From an uncultured archaeon (GTDB lineage: Archaea > Aenigmatarchaeota > Aenigmatarchaeia > CG10238-14 > SCSR01), in NCBI GenBank assembly GCA_964646855.1, contig CAZYHQ010000002.1, positions 9,127 to 73,126 of the forward strand: a stretch of DNA of 64,000 nucleotides, written 5' to 3'. The translations under genes were made by a program, and so were the position numbers. Under the pieces are notes generated by a model that had not been told where the DNA came from, did not search any database, and worked only from the letters and a program-made list of their open reading frames with translations. Shown here in pieces: positions 1-8,287 of the stretch; position 1 is the first letter of the stretch, and each line of letters opens with the position of its first letter.

Positions 1-65
1 TGAATTCTAAAAATTCTTAAAATCTTTCAATAAAGATTTTCAGGCAAAACCTTTTACATTTTCCA

Positions 66-914
66 TTATCCGGCCAATAGGAAAATTATGATGCCGGCAA
101 AAACCATGAAGAAGCTGTGCTTTATCCCGGCGATTATCGCGCCTTCTGCCATTTTGCCTACCGCGAGCCCGGCAAACAGTCCCTGCACCACAATCAGGTT
201 CCTGAAAATTTCTTTGTAGGCTGGCCCCAAGTTTTCTTGCGCCGCGCCAAGCCCGGCACCCCCAAGCTGCAGTGGAGAAACATCTTCCAGGCTTGGAACC
301 AGGAATTTTTCCAGACCGATTATGACCAGAAGAAAAACAAAGAAAACTATGTACCCGGTTATTAGCTGCGAGTTTAGGTACAATTTTCTTTCCTGCCTAA
401 GCTTCTCGACTTCCAACGCAGTTCCGCTCAGCGCCTCAAAAGTTTCAGCAAGATTTCCGCCAAAATTGTGGCTTTCGATTACAGAAGATACGATCCTGCC
501 GATAAGTTTTGATCTGGTTTCTTTTATAAATTTAGTTAAGACTTTGTCGACCGGAATTCCCCACTCAAGCTGGGCAGACATTTTTTTAATGTACGGCGTC
601 AAACTTTTGTAGTCATTGCCAGAAACAGTTTTCAATGCCTGCGGCACAGACATGCCGCTTCGTATCGTCTCGACAAAGTCCCTGAGGAAAACAGGGAAGA
701 GCTCTTCCAACTGCTTGCCCCTGTTGTACTCAACATACTTTACAAGGACTATCGGGAAAATGAAAATGAAAGCCGCGAGTATGTATACCAGCTGGCTGAC
801 CAATTCCAAACCTGTCAAATACAAATAAGTGAGTACCATCATCGATGCTGCTATTCCCGCATTTGCAAGAATCAAATACCAAAACTTTTTTTCAATTCCG
901 AACAAAGCCTTCAT
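66..914 (-). CDS. T2SS-F domain membrane protein (type IV pilus/archaellum platform, FlaJ/TadC-like half)
   Basis: 282-aa polytopic ORF. A helical cytoplasmic domain (RDFVETIRSGMSVPQAL...) lies between TM segments, as in T2SSF/TadC. Its ATG overlaps the upstream ORF stop (ATGA at 911-914). Confidence 0.75.
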   Translation of the reverse strand: MKALFGIEKKFWYLILANAGIAASMMVLTYLYLTGLELVSQLVYILAAFIFIFPIVLVKYVEYNRGKQLEELFPVFLRDFVETIRSGMSVPQALKTVSGNDYKSLTPYIKKMSAQLEWGIPVDKVLTKFIKETRSKLIGRIVSSVIESHNFGGNLAETFEALSGTALEVEKLRQERKLYLNSQLITGYIVFFVFLLVIIGLEKFLVPSLEDVSPLQLGGAGLGAAQENLGPAYKEIFRNLIVVQGLFAGLAVGKMAEGAIIAGIKHSFFMVFAGIIIFLLAG

Positions 915-1783
915 ATCTCCACCTCGACGCTCTGCAAGAATATCAGAAACACGCTATTCATTATCGGGACAATTGCATAGATGCTAAGTTTTGTCAGGAA
1001 CAAGATGTCGTAGCCGGCAATCTGCGGCTGGATCATGTTCATTACTGCAAACAGCGCGATTATGAACAACGGCGCGGCGATGAGCAGGCCAGTGTAGAAT
1101 TCTGCGTACGCAGAAAGTTGCTGCAGGAACCTTTCGCGTTTAATCCTCCATTCAAACAAGGCTTGGTTTCCCGCGTTTTTCAAGAAAAGTTTTATATCCC
1201 CGCCGGACTCCGTTGTCGAAATGAAACCCAACAGCAGCTGGCGAAAAGAGTCGGAGGGAGTTCTTTCTGCAACTTCTTTCACAGCAGTCAGCGGGTCGCT
1301 GCCAAAATTTTCTATGTTTCTCACTACTTTTCTCATCTCGACTGCAACTTCTCCGTATTCTTTGAATCCGCCGATGAGTTTGAAAATTACATAAGGCGGC
1401 ACGCCCGACTCGGCAACCGCTCCCATGTGCGTCAGGACAAAAGGCAAATTGGACTCGATGCTTTTCTTCCTTGAAGAGGATTTCTGGTACGGATAAAAGG
1501 CAAGGACCGCAAAAGTTGCCATCGCAGTGATTATCGGGACGAACGCGTAGTACCCGATTTGCAGAAACGTGGTCAGCTGTAGATACCTTAAAGCTAGCGG
1601 CAACATGGCCAACGTCGAGAAATAGGCTATGATGCAGGTGAAAAAAATCACGCTCAGATAAGTCCTGTATGGAATTTTTATGTCTGCCCTAGGCAGGCTG
1701 ACCTTGATAAAATTAAAACTTTGCGCGTTTGCATCGGCAAAACCTCCAAAGAGTCTTGTTGCGAACCCGCTGTAGTTGAACAT
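911..1783 (-). CDS. T2SS-F domain membrane protein (FlaJ/TadB-like half)
   Basis: 290 aa with the same TM-helical domain-TM architecture (MGAVAESGVPPYVIF...). Translationally coupled to the ATPase gene (TAATG overlap at 1783). Confidence 0.75.
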   Translation of the reverse strand: MFNYSGFATRLFGGFADANAQSFNFIKVSLPRADIKIPYRTYLSVIFFTCIIAYFSTLAMLPLALRYLQLTTFLQIGYYAFVPIITAMATFAVLAFYPYQKSSSRKKSIESNLPFVLTHMGAVAESGVPPYVIFKLIGGFKEYGEVAVEMRKVVRNIENFGSDPLTAVKEVAERTPSDSFRQLLLGFISTTESGGDIKLFLKNAGNQALFEWRIKRERFLQQLSAYAEFYTGLLIAAPLFIIALFAVMNMIQPQIAGYDILFLTKLSIYAIVPIMNSVFLIFLQSVEVEI

Positions 1784-3588
1784 TATTTCTCCCTAATTAT
1801 TTTGAAACCCAAAAGTTCCAGTATCGAAGTTCTGCTCGGCCTTTCTTTCTCCTTGATCTCCACCGGCACGGCCTGCGGCAGCGGCACAGGTTCAGTCATT
1901 TTTGGCTTCTCCGTCTTGGCCGGGACGGCTGGCGCAAGCGGCGATGCGAGCTCCGGCTTGGTAAAATGTTCTCCTATTTCGGCAAACAGTTTTTCTGGCT
2001 CTTTGTAGTAGCGGTTGACTATTTTTGCAACTTCCAAATAATCTTTAACTCCTTTCGCCTGCATCCATTCAATCACCTTTTTTCTTTGCTCAATTTCTTT
2101 CACGGCCGCATCCATTGTTGCTCCGCGTGCTGTTGCAAATTTTTCAATTTTTACGCTGTCGTTCACCTTTTCGTATCCGTCGGTTATTGGATTCCAACGG
2201 AAAATCACGTTCGTGTTTACCTCTCCGGTTTTCGGATCCACGCCAACAATTTCTACAACTTCCTTGGTTCTTCTTGCAGACTTCCCCTTTTCTCGCGCGT
2301 GGGTTAAGATCGTGATGACATCCAGGCTTTCTAGCAAGGTCGGAGACAGATCTATTGGCGGGGTGGTAAGTCTTTTGATCACAGTGTCGACAGAACCTGC
2401 GTGGAACGTGCTCATTGACGGATGGCCAGATGACATACCCTGAAACATGACATAAGTCTCCTCGCCTCTGACTTCCCCGACGATAACATAGTCAGGATTT
2501 TGCCTGAAACTTTCTTTCAGCAAGTCAAAAAGAGTAACCTCTCCGTACTTTTCCCCTGACGGCAGCGGAATGCCGAAGCCCACACGGGCCAGTCCTGGAA
2601 TCCAGTGTTCGTGGGGAATTCTTATTTCCCTTGTGTCCTCTATCGAGACAATTTTCGCCTCGGGGGGGATGAATATTGATATTGAATTCAGCAAGGAAGT
2701 CTTCCCAGTCGCCACACCACCCACGACTAGCATTGACGCGCCGTGTTCAATCAAATACCAAAAGTAAGCTAGGATTTGCGCGTCGACAGTGTTCAATTCA
2801 ATCTGCTCTATCGGAGAGAACGGTTTTTCGCTGAACTTTCTTATTGTGAACGTCGGTCCGTGGGTTACCACATCACCGGCTATGTTGGCAGAAATTCTGC
2901 TTCCGTCAGGCAGGGTGCTGGCAAGTATCGGCTCGGCATAGCTCACATACCTTCCGGAGCGCTCAGCTAGCTTGACAATGAATTCTCTTAGGTTTTCCGT
3001 TTTGTCGTAAACTACGTTTGTCTTCAGCGAACCGTATTTCCTGTGAATGATGTAGACTGGTGTGTTGACCCCGTCGCACGATATGTCCTCGATGTTGGGA
3101 TCCTGCAAAAGGGGCTCGATTTCATTGAAACCTACAAAATTTCTGTAAATGTAGTACATGACCTTTGTATACTGATTTTGAGTTAGCGACAAACCAAAAT
3201 CGTGGATGACTTTCGCAATCTGTTTTTCCAGATATTCTATTGTCTTAGTCGGTTCTTTTATCGAAGTCAGACCGATTTCTACGAGCTCTATTAGCGCATC
3301 GGAAATTTTTTCTATTAATGACTGCTCCTCTGTTGTTAGCTGGGGCTCAACTAGGTTGTACAAAAGCTCTTTGTTTACCGCATCCCACGTGATGTTTGCG
3401 TATGCGAAAGGCTCGATTAACGGATAAGTAATATTTATTTTTGTCAAATCTGCTGTGGAAGGGAACTCGATTATCCTTTTCGGTTTTTCTACAGCAAACC
3501 CTGGAATTATTTCTTCCGGCTTTTCCTTGGTTTCGACAGTCTTCCTGTAAAGCGCTCCCCTAAGAGCTTTAATTTTTTCAAATACCAT
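1783..3588 (-). CDS. FlaI/PilB/VirB11-family secretion ATPase (type IV pilus/archaellum assembly)
   Basis: 601 aa. Walker A GGVATGKTSLLNS, VirB11/GspE-like core (VGEVRGEE, HPSMSTFHA), and an extra Pro/Ala/Lys-rich C-terminal tail. Confidence 0.85.
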   Translation of the reverse strand: MVFEKIKALRGALYRKTVETKEKPEEIIPGFAVEKPKRIIEFPSTADLTKINITYPLIEPFAYANITWDAVNKELLYNLVEPQLTTEEQSLIEKISDALIELVEIGLTSIKEPTKTIEYLEKQIAKVIHDFGLSLTQNQYTKVMYYIYRNFVGFNEIEPLLQDPNIEDISCDGVNTPVYIIHRKYGSLKTNVVYDKTENLREFIVKLAERSGRYVSYAEPILASTLPDGSRISANIAGDVVTHGPTFTIRKFSEKPFSPIEQIELNTVDAQILAYFWYLIEHGASMLVVGGVATGKTSLLNSISIFIPPEAKIVSIEDTREIRIPHEHWIPGLARVGFGIPLPSGEKYGEVTLFDLLKESFRQNPDYVIVGEVRGEETYVMFQGMSSGHPSMSTFHAGSVDTVIKRLTTPPIDLSPTLLESLDVITILTHAREKGKSARRTKEVVEIVGVDPKTGEVNTNVIFRWNPITDGYEKVNDSVKIEKFATARGATMDAAVKEIEQRKKVIEWMQAKGVKDYLEVAKIVNRYYKEPEKLFAEIGEHFTKPELASPLAPAVPAKTEKPKMTEPVPLPQAVPVEIKEKERPSRTSILELLGFKIIREK

Positions 3589-3609
3589 TTTTATCGCATT
3601 ATCAGTTGG

Positions 3610-3891
3610 TTATCGCATATGTTTTTTACGTATGCTTTTTCCAGGCTGGACTATGCCCCTGAACCTGGCGCATGACGGACACACATGCATTTTTCGCTGT
3701 AGCATGTGAACCATCCTTCTGTCCACCTGCTGCAAAATCGCCGGGTCGGAAATTCTGAATCCCCTAGTTATTGAAAATGTTTTGTATTTCGGAACTTCCC
3801 TGTTGCAATAATCGCAGCGGACTGTGGTTTCGCTGCCGCGGCTTTTCGTGTGCCAATATTTCCTTGTATATGGGGCTGTACTAATCGGCAT
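3610..3891 (-). CDS. rps26e: 30S ribosomal protein eS26
   Basis: 93 aa. RCDYCNREVPKYK ... HVCPSCARFRGIV aligns with the eukaryotic/archaeal S26e zinc-ribbon pattern (RCxxCxxxVPKDK ... YCVSCAIH). Confidence 0.7.
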   Translation of the reverse strand: MPISTAPYTRKYWHTKSRGSETTVRCDYCNREVPKYKTFSITRGFRISDPAILQQVDRRMVHMLQRKMHVCPSCARFRGIVQPGKSIRKKHMR

Positions 3892-3949
3892 TTTCTCTAT
3901 AATTATTTGGTTTTTAATCTTATTATTTGCTTAAAATGAAAAGGTAATT

Positions 3950-4609
3950 ATGGGCGTTCTGGATAAAATCAAATGGTTCGGCCACGCAAGTTTTTCGTTG
4001 GAAAACAGCAACAAAAATTTCTACTTTGTGGATCCTTTTGACTTGAAAAGCAAGCCCAAAGAAGAAGCCGACGCTGTTTTCATAACCCACGCGCATTACG
4101 ACCACTGGAGCCCGAAAGATATAGAAAAAACTTTGGGCAAAGAGACAATTGTTGTACTAGTGAACGGTTGTGAAACTGCTTTGCCAGTTTCTACAGTCAA
4201 AATAATTAAAACAGAACCCTTTCGCGAGATAAATGTTGGCGGTATAAAAGTTCTTACTGTGCCTGCGTACAATACAAAACCAGAAAGAAAAAATTTCCAT
4301 CCAAAAGAAAACAAATGGGTCGGCTACATCTTTGAATTGGACAACGCAAGAATCTACCATGCAGGTGATACAGATTTTATTCCTGAAATGAAAGAGTTAG
4401 GGAATTTGGATGTTGCGATGTTGCCGATTGGTGGTACGTACACGATGGACGTAAGCGAAGCAATAGAAGCAGCAAATGTAATTAAATCAAAAATCACTGT
4501 ACCGATGCACTATCGCAGATTGCTGGGTGTAAAAGCAAAAGACGCGGAAGAAAAATTTGTTTCTAGTGTGAAAGGCAGAGTGGAAATTCTAGAAGAAGTT
4601 TCTTTGTAA
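3950..4609 (+). CDS. MBL-fold metallo-hydrolase
   Basis: 219 aa with the HAHYDH motif (FITHAHYDHWSP) and downstream GDTD and H residues typical of the beta-lactamase fold. Confidence 0.8.
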   Translation: MGVLDKIKWFGHASFSLENSNKNFYFVDPFDLKSKPKEEADAVFITHAHYDHWSPKDIEKTLGKETIVVLVNGCETALPVSTVKIIKTEPFREINVGGIKVLTVPAYNTKPERKNFHPKENKWVGYIFELDNARIYHAGDTDFIPEMKELGNLDVAMLPIGGTYTMDVSEAIEAANVIKSKITVPMHYRRLLGVKAKDAEEKFVSSVKGRVEILEEVSL

Positions 4610-4720
4610 GTTTTAAATAGTTTGATATTTAATTTATTCAAAGCGTGTGCTCGGCGGAATTTCAACGCAAACGAGTGCATGCGGACTTGTTCTGCATGTG
4701 TTTGATTAGTGGTGAATTTA

Positions 4721-6193
4721 ATGCCGTTTAATCAAAATCTGAAAAAACCTGAATTCAAGAAAATTTCAGACGTAGTCTGGGAAATTCCTACAAGTTTTAA
4801 GAAAGGAATGAAAGTTCCTGCTAGAATTTACGCTACAAAAAAATTGATTGACGAAATGGATTTGGCAGTTTTCGATCAGATAACAAACGTTGCAACACTT
4901 CCTGGAGTAATTAACTATGCTTTTTGCATGAGTGACGGTCACTCTGGCTACGGTTTTCCAATCGGCGGGGTAGCCGCAATGGATACAGAAACTGGTGTAA
5001 TTTCACCAGGCGGAGTAGGCTTCGACATAAACTGCGGGATGCGATTGGTTTTGACTAATCTGACTTACGACGACGTCAAACCGCATTTGAAAGAAGTGGT
5101 TGACAATTTGTTCCAGCAGGTGCCAGCAGGAGTTGGCAGCTCGGGTTTTGTTAAGTTGACTCCAGAAAAATTTGTCGAGGTCGCGGAAGACGGCGCGGTA
5201 TGGGCAATCGAAAACGGCTATGGTTGGAAAAAGGATTTGCAGCGAACTGAAGAAAACGGAAAAATGCAGGCAGACTCTTCAAAAATTTCTAAAAAATCGA
5301 TCCAGCGTGGTATGACTCAGGTTGGAACACTCGGCTCGGGTAATCACTATTTAGAAATTCAGGTTGTCAAGCCAGAATTTATTTACGATGAAAAAATTGC
5401 AAAGGCTTTCGGAATTTTCCCAAATCAAGTTGTGATTATGTTCCACTGTGGAAGCAGGGGTTTTGGTCATCAGGTCGCAAGCGATTATCTTGAGTTGGCG
5501 TTAAGCGTGATGGAAAGAAAATACGGGATAAAAGTTATTGACAGAGAGCTTGCAGCACTGCCGTTCAACTCGAAGGAAGGTCAGGATTATTTTGCAGCGA
5601 TGAAATGCGGAGTCAACATGTCCTTTGCAAACCGCCAAGTTATTCTGCACAGAATTCGCGAGGTTTTTGCAAAAGTTTTCAAAAAGGACGCAGAGAGTCT
5701 TGGAATAGAAATGGTTTATGATGTTGCGCACAACACGGCAAAACTAGAGAAGCACAAAATTGACGGCGAGACGAGGGAGGTTGTTGTCCATAGGAAAGGG
5801 GCAACTAGAAGCTTCGGCCCAAACAGGGAGGAAATCATAACAAAAGAATTCATGCCAGTTGGCCAGCCGGTGATTATCGGCGGAAGCATGGAAACCGGAA
5901 GCTATCTTTTGGTTGGGACTGACAAAGCGATGGACGAGACTTTTGGGAGCACTTGCCACGGTTCAGGCAGAACAATGAGCAGAACGCAAGCTCGCAGGCA
6001 GTATAGAGGGGAAACTTTACAGAGAGATATGGAAAAGCGAGGAGTTTATGTAAAATCAGTTTCTTTCTCAGGTTTGGCAGAAGAGGCAGGACCTGCGTAC
6101 AAAGATATTGATGATGTTATTGATGCTGTGCACACGGCTGGAATTTCCAAAAAAGTGGTAAGATTTATACCAATCGGAAATGTTAAGGGTTAG
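4721..6193 (+). CDS. rtcB: RNA-splicing ligase RtcB
   Basis: Motifs GFDINCGMR, GSGNHYLE, HCGSRGFGH, HNTA. The ORF track begins at GTG 4709; ATG 4721 (MPFNQNL) was chosen. Confidence 0.95.
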   Translation: MPFNQNLKKPEFKKISDVVWEIPTSFKKGMKVPARIYATKKLIDEMDLAVFDQITNVATLPGVINYAFCMSDGHSGYGFPIGGVAAMDTETGVISPGGVGFDINCGMRLVLTNLTYDDVKPHLKEVVDNLFQQVPAGVGSSGFVKLTPEKFVEVAEDGAVWAIENGYGWKKDLQRTEENGKMQADSSKISKKSIQRGMTQVGTLGSGNHYLEIQVVKPEFIYDEKIAKAFGIFPNQVVIMFHCGSRGFGHQVASDYLELALSVMERKYGIKVIDRELAALPFNSKEGQDYFAAMKCGVNMSFANRQVILHRIREVFAKVFKKDAESLGIEMVYDVAHNTAKLEKHKIDGETREVVVHRKGATRSFGPNREEIITKEFMPVGQPVIIGGSMETGSYLLVGTDKAMDETFGSTCHGSGRTMSRTQARRQYRGETLQRDMEKRGVYVKSVSFSGLAEEAGPAYKDIDDVIDAVHTAGISKKVVRFIPIGNVKG

Positions 6194-6194
6194 T

Positions 6195-6527
6195 ATGGAA
6201 GATTTGACAAAAAAGAAGTGTGTTCCATGCGAAGGTGGAACACCGCCGTTCACAACCAAAGAGGCCGAAGATTATCTAAAGCAGGTCAAGGATTGGAAAT
6301 TGGTTGGAAACAAAATTGAACGAGATTTGAAATTCAAGGATTTTGTTGCAGCAATGAAGTTTATTAACAAAGTTGCTGATTTGGCTGAACAAGAACAGCA
6401 CCATCCTGACATAACCGTTTATTCTTGGAACAAAGTAAAGCTTGTCACGTATACTCATGCCATAGGCGGTTTGTCAGAAAACGATTTCATTCTTGCTGCA
6501 AAAATCAATAAACTTTTGAAAAAGTAA
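6195..6527 (+). CDS. Pterin-4-alpha-carbinolamine dehydratase (PCD/DCoH family)
   Basis: About 110 aa with the EQEQHHPD motif and the family's beta-alpha fold pattern. ATG 6195 lies just after the rtcB stop. Confidence 0.8.
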   Translation: MEDLTKKKCVPCEGGTPPFTTKEAEDYLKQVKDWKLVGNKIERDLKFKDFVAAMKFINKVADLAEQEQHHPDITVYSWNKVKLVTYTHAIGGLSENDFILAAKINKLLKK

Positions 6528-6535
6528 GTATTCTT

Positions 6536-6967
6536 ATGCCGTACAAATTTTTGGAGGGTTTGACAGTCGCGGATGTCGCATTCGAAGCCACAGGCAAGAC
6601 TCTGAAGGAACTTTTTCAATCTGCTGCTGATGCAACAACAGAAACGATGGTTAGGGATCTTTCTTCTGTAAAGCAAACTGTAAAAAAGAAATTTGAAGTC
6701 GAAGCTGAAAACGTCGAAATGCTGCTCTACAAATTTTTGCAAGAAATAATTTTTTATAAAGATGCAGAAATGCTGTTGTTCAGCAAGTACGAATTAGATT
6801 TTATTCCACAAAAAAAAAGATGGAAGCTAATTGCACTAGTGCACGGCGAGAAACTTGACATGAATAAGCACGAACTTATAGTCGACGTGAAAGCAGTAAC
6901 TCTTCACAAATATTCGGTTGAAGAAGGTAGCAACGGATGGAGAGCACAAGTAATTCTAGATATTTAA
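6536..6967 (+). CDS. Archease (RtcB activator)
   Basis: 143 aa. The N-terminus MPYKFLEGLTVADVAFEATG and C-terminus KAVTLHK...VILDI are typical of archease. Confidence 0.9.
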   Translation: MPYKFLEGLTVADVAFEATGKTLKELFQSAADATTETMVRDLSSVKQTVKKKFEVEAENVEMLLYKFLQEIIFYKDAEMLLFSKYELDFIPQKKRWKLIALVHGEKLDMNKHELIVDVKAVTLHKYSVEEGSNGWRAQVILDI

Positions 6968-6976
6968 TTATGCAAC

Positions 6977-7423
6977 TTAATATGTTGTTGAATTTTTTTT
7001 CGTTAACTTTAAAAACTGGTTATGCGTGTCAATCGCATCATGAAAAACCTTAATTTCCAACTCCCTGCCACCGATTAATTCTGCAACATGCCTGATTTCT
7101 TGGCAAAAAATTCTCCAATTCGTATACTGTCGCGATTTCTCCCCCCTCGAAAAATATTTGGAAACCGAATCTAAGGAGTGCAATAATAAGAGATATCTAT
7201 TCTGCTCCTTTGACGCAATACCAAGAGCCCTGACAACGTAAAAAAGATGTGGCAAACAGCCATCAGGACTCGTAATATCCGACAATTTTGCATAATTTTT
7301 AAGACAGTCTTCTTTGATGCCCAATCGTTGTAAAAAAGCATCATTTAACCCTCGAATTTCCTCTTCAGGAGTTTTCTTTTTCACACCATTGTATATCGGG
7401 TTTCTTGCCTTCTGCATAAACAA
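6977..7423 (-). CDS. Hypothetical protein
   Basis: 148-aa ORF with no recognisable motif. It lies 20 nt downstream of the 7443..8156 ORF on the same strand. Confidence 0.5.
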   Translation of the reverse strand: MFMQKARNPIYNGVKKKTPEEEIRGLNDAFLQRLGIKEDCLKNYAKLSDITSPDGCLPHLFYVVRALGIASKEQNRYLLLLHSLDSVSKYFSRGEKSRQYTNWRIFCQEIRHVAELIGGRELEIKVFHDAIDTHNQFLKLTKKNSTTY

Positions 7424-7442
7424 GCCGATTTTATTTTTGTTA

Positions 7443-8156
7443 TCAACCGTCGTCTTTCGGCTCCAACCCTTTACCTATGTTAGAGTACCAAAAATCATCT
7501 TGAAAATCATCAAATTCCGGATCAATAACGACTGGGAAATGTTCTTCTTCACCTACAGTAGCAGAAGGAAATTGTTTTCCGGCACGTGAAATCTCTTTCC
7601 ACAATTCTATTTTTCTTTTTTCACGTCCAACTCTCTTTGCCTGTCTTTCAAACAGCTCCCTACTTAGATATGGTGCTGTCTTATGCCAGTCCACCACTTG
7701 TACACTTCTGTAATCGACACTGCCTTTGGACGGCATTCCCTTCACACGTACTTTTATCGTGTAATTTCCTTGAAGATCCAATGCAGCCAACGCATCATAA
7801 AATATTTTTAGGCTTTCCAAATCTCCCTCATGCAGATTTTTTGGATTTAACCTACCAGCGTAAATGCGTTCTTTATCGTCCATGTCATAAACAATTAAAA
7901 ATGGGGGCAACTTTCTTCTGTTTTTATGCAGATAGTTTCTAATTTGGAGTAAGGCATCCGCTACTACAGTCTCTCTGACAATCTCTTCTTTTCTAAGTTC
8001 CATTTTTATTCTAAAAGGTATTTCAGTTTCGTAACTGACAGTTGTCCCATTTATTTTTAACCCTGAGGGATCGAAAGGGACAGCACCATCGTATTTTCTA
8101 TCTAAAAATCGTCCGGTAAGCTCTACTAGGTCGAGATCGTTTTTCATTGCCCTCAA
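7443..8156 (-). CDS. Hypothetical protein with acidic C-terminal tail
   Basis: 237-aa ORF with no recognisable family. The C-terminus DPEFDDFQDDFWYSN is strongly acidic and aromatic. Confidence 0.55.
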   Translation of the reverse strand: MRAMKNDLDLVELTGRFLDRKYDGAVPFDPSGLKINGTTVSYETEIPFRIKMELRKEEIVRETVVADALLQIRNYLHKNRRKLPPFLIVYDMDDKERIYAGRLNPKNLHEGDLESLKIFYDALAALDLQGNYTIKVRVKGMPSKGSVDYRSVQVVDWHKTAPYLSRELFERQAKRVGREKRKIELWKEISRAGKQFPSATVGEEEHFPVVIDPEFDDFQDDFWYSNIGKGLEPKDDG

Positions 8157-8287
8157 TTAAAATTTAAAAATTACAGATTTAAACCTATCTTTTTTTAAGG
8201 ACCAGCTACTCATTTACCACAATATTTATAAACTAAAATTTACTAATTTAACTTGTATACTTTTCGTGTTAATTAATTCTAAAAATT

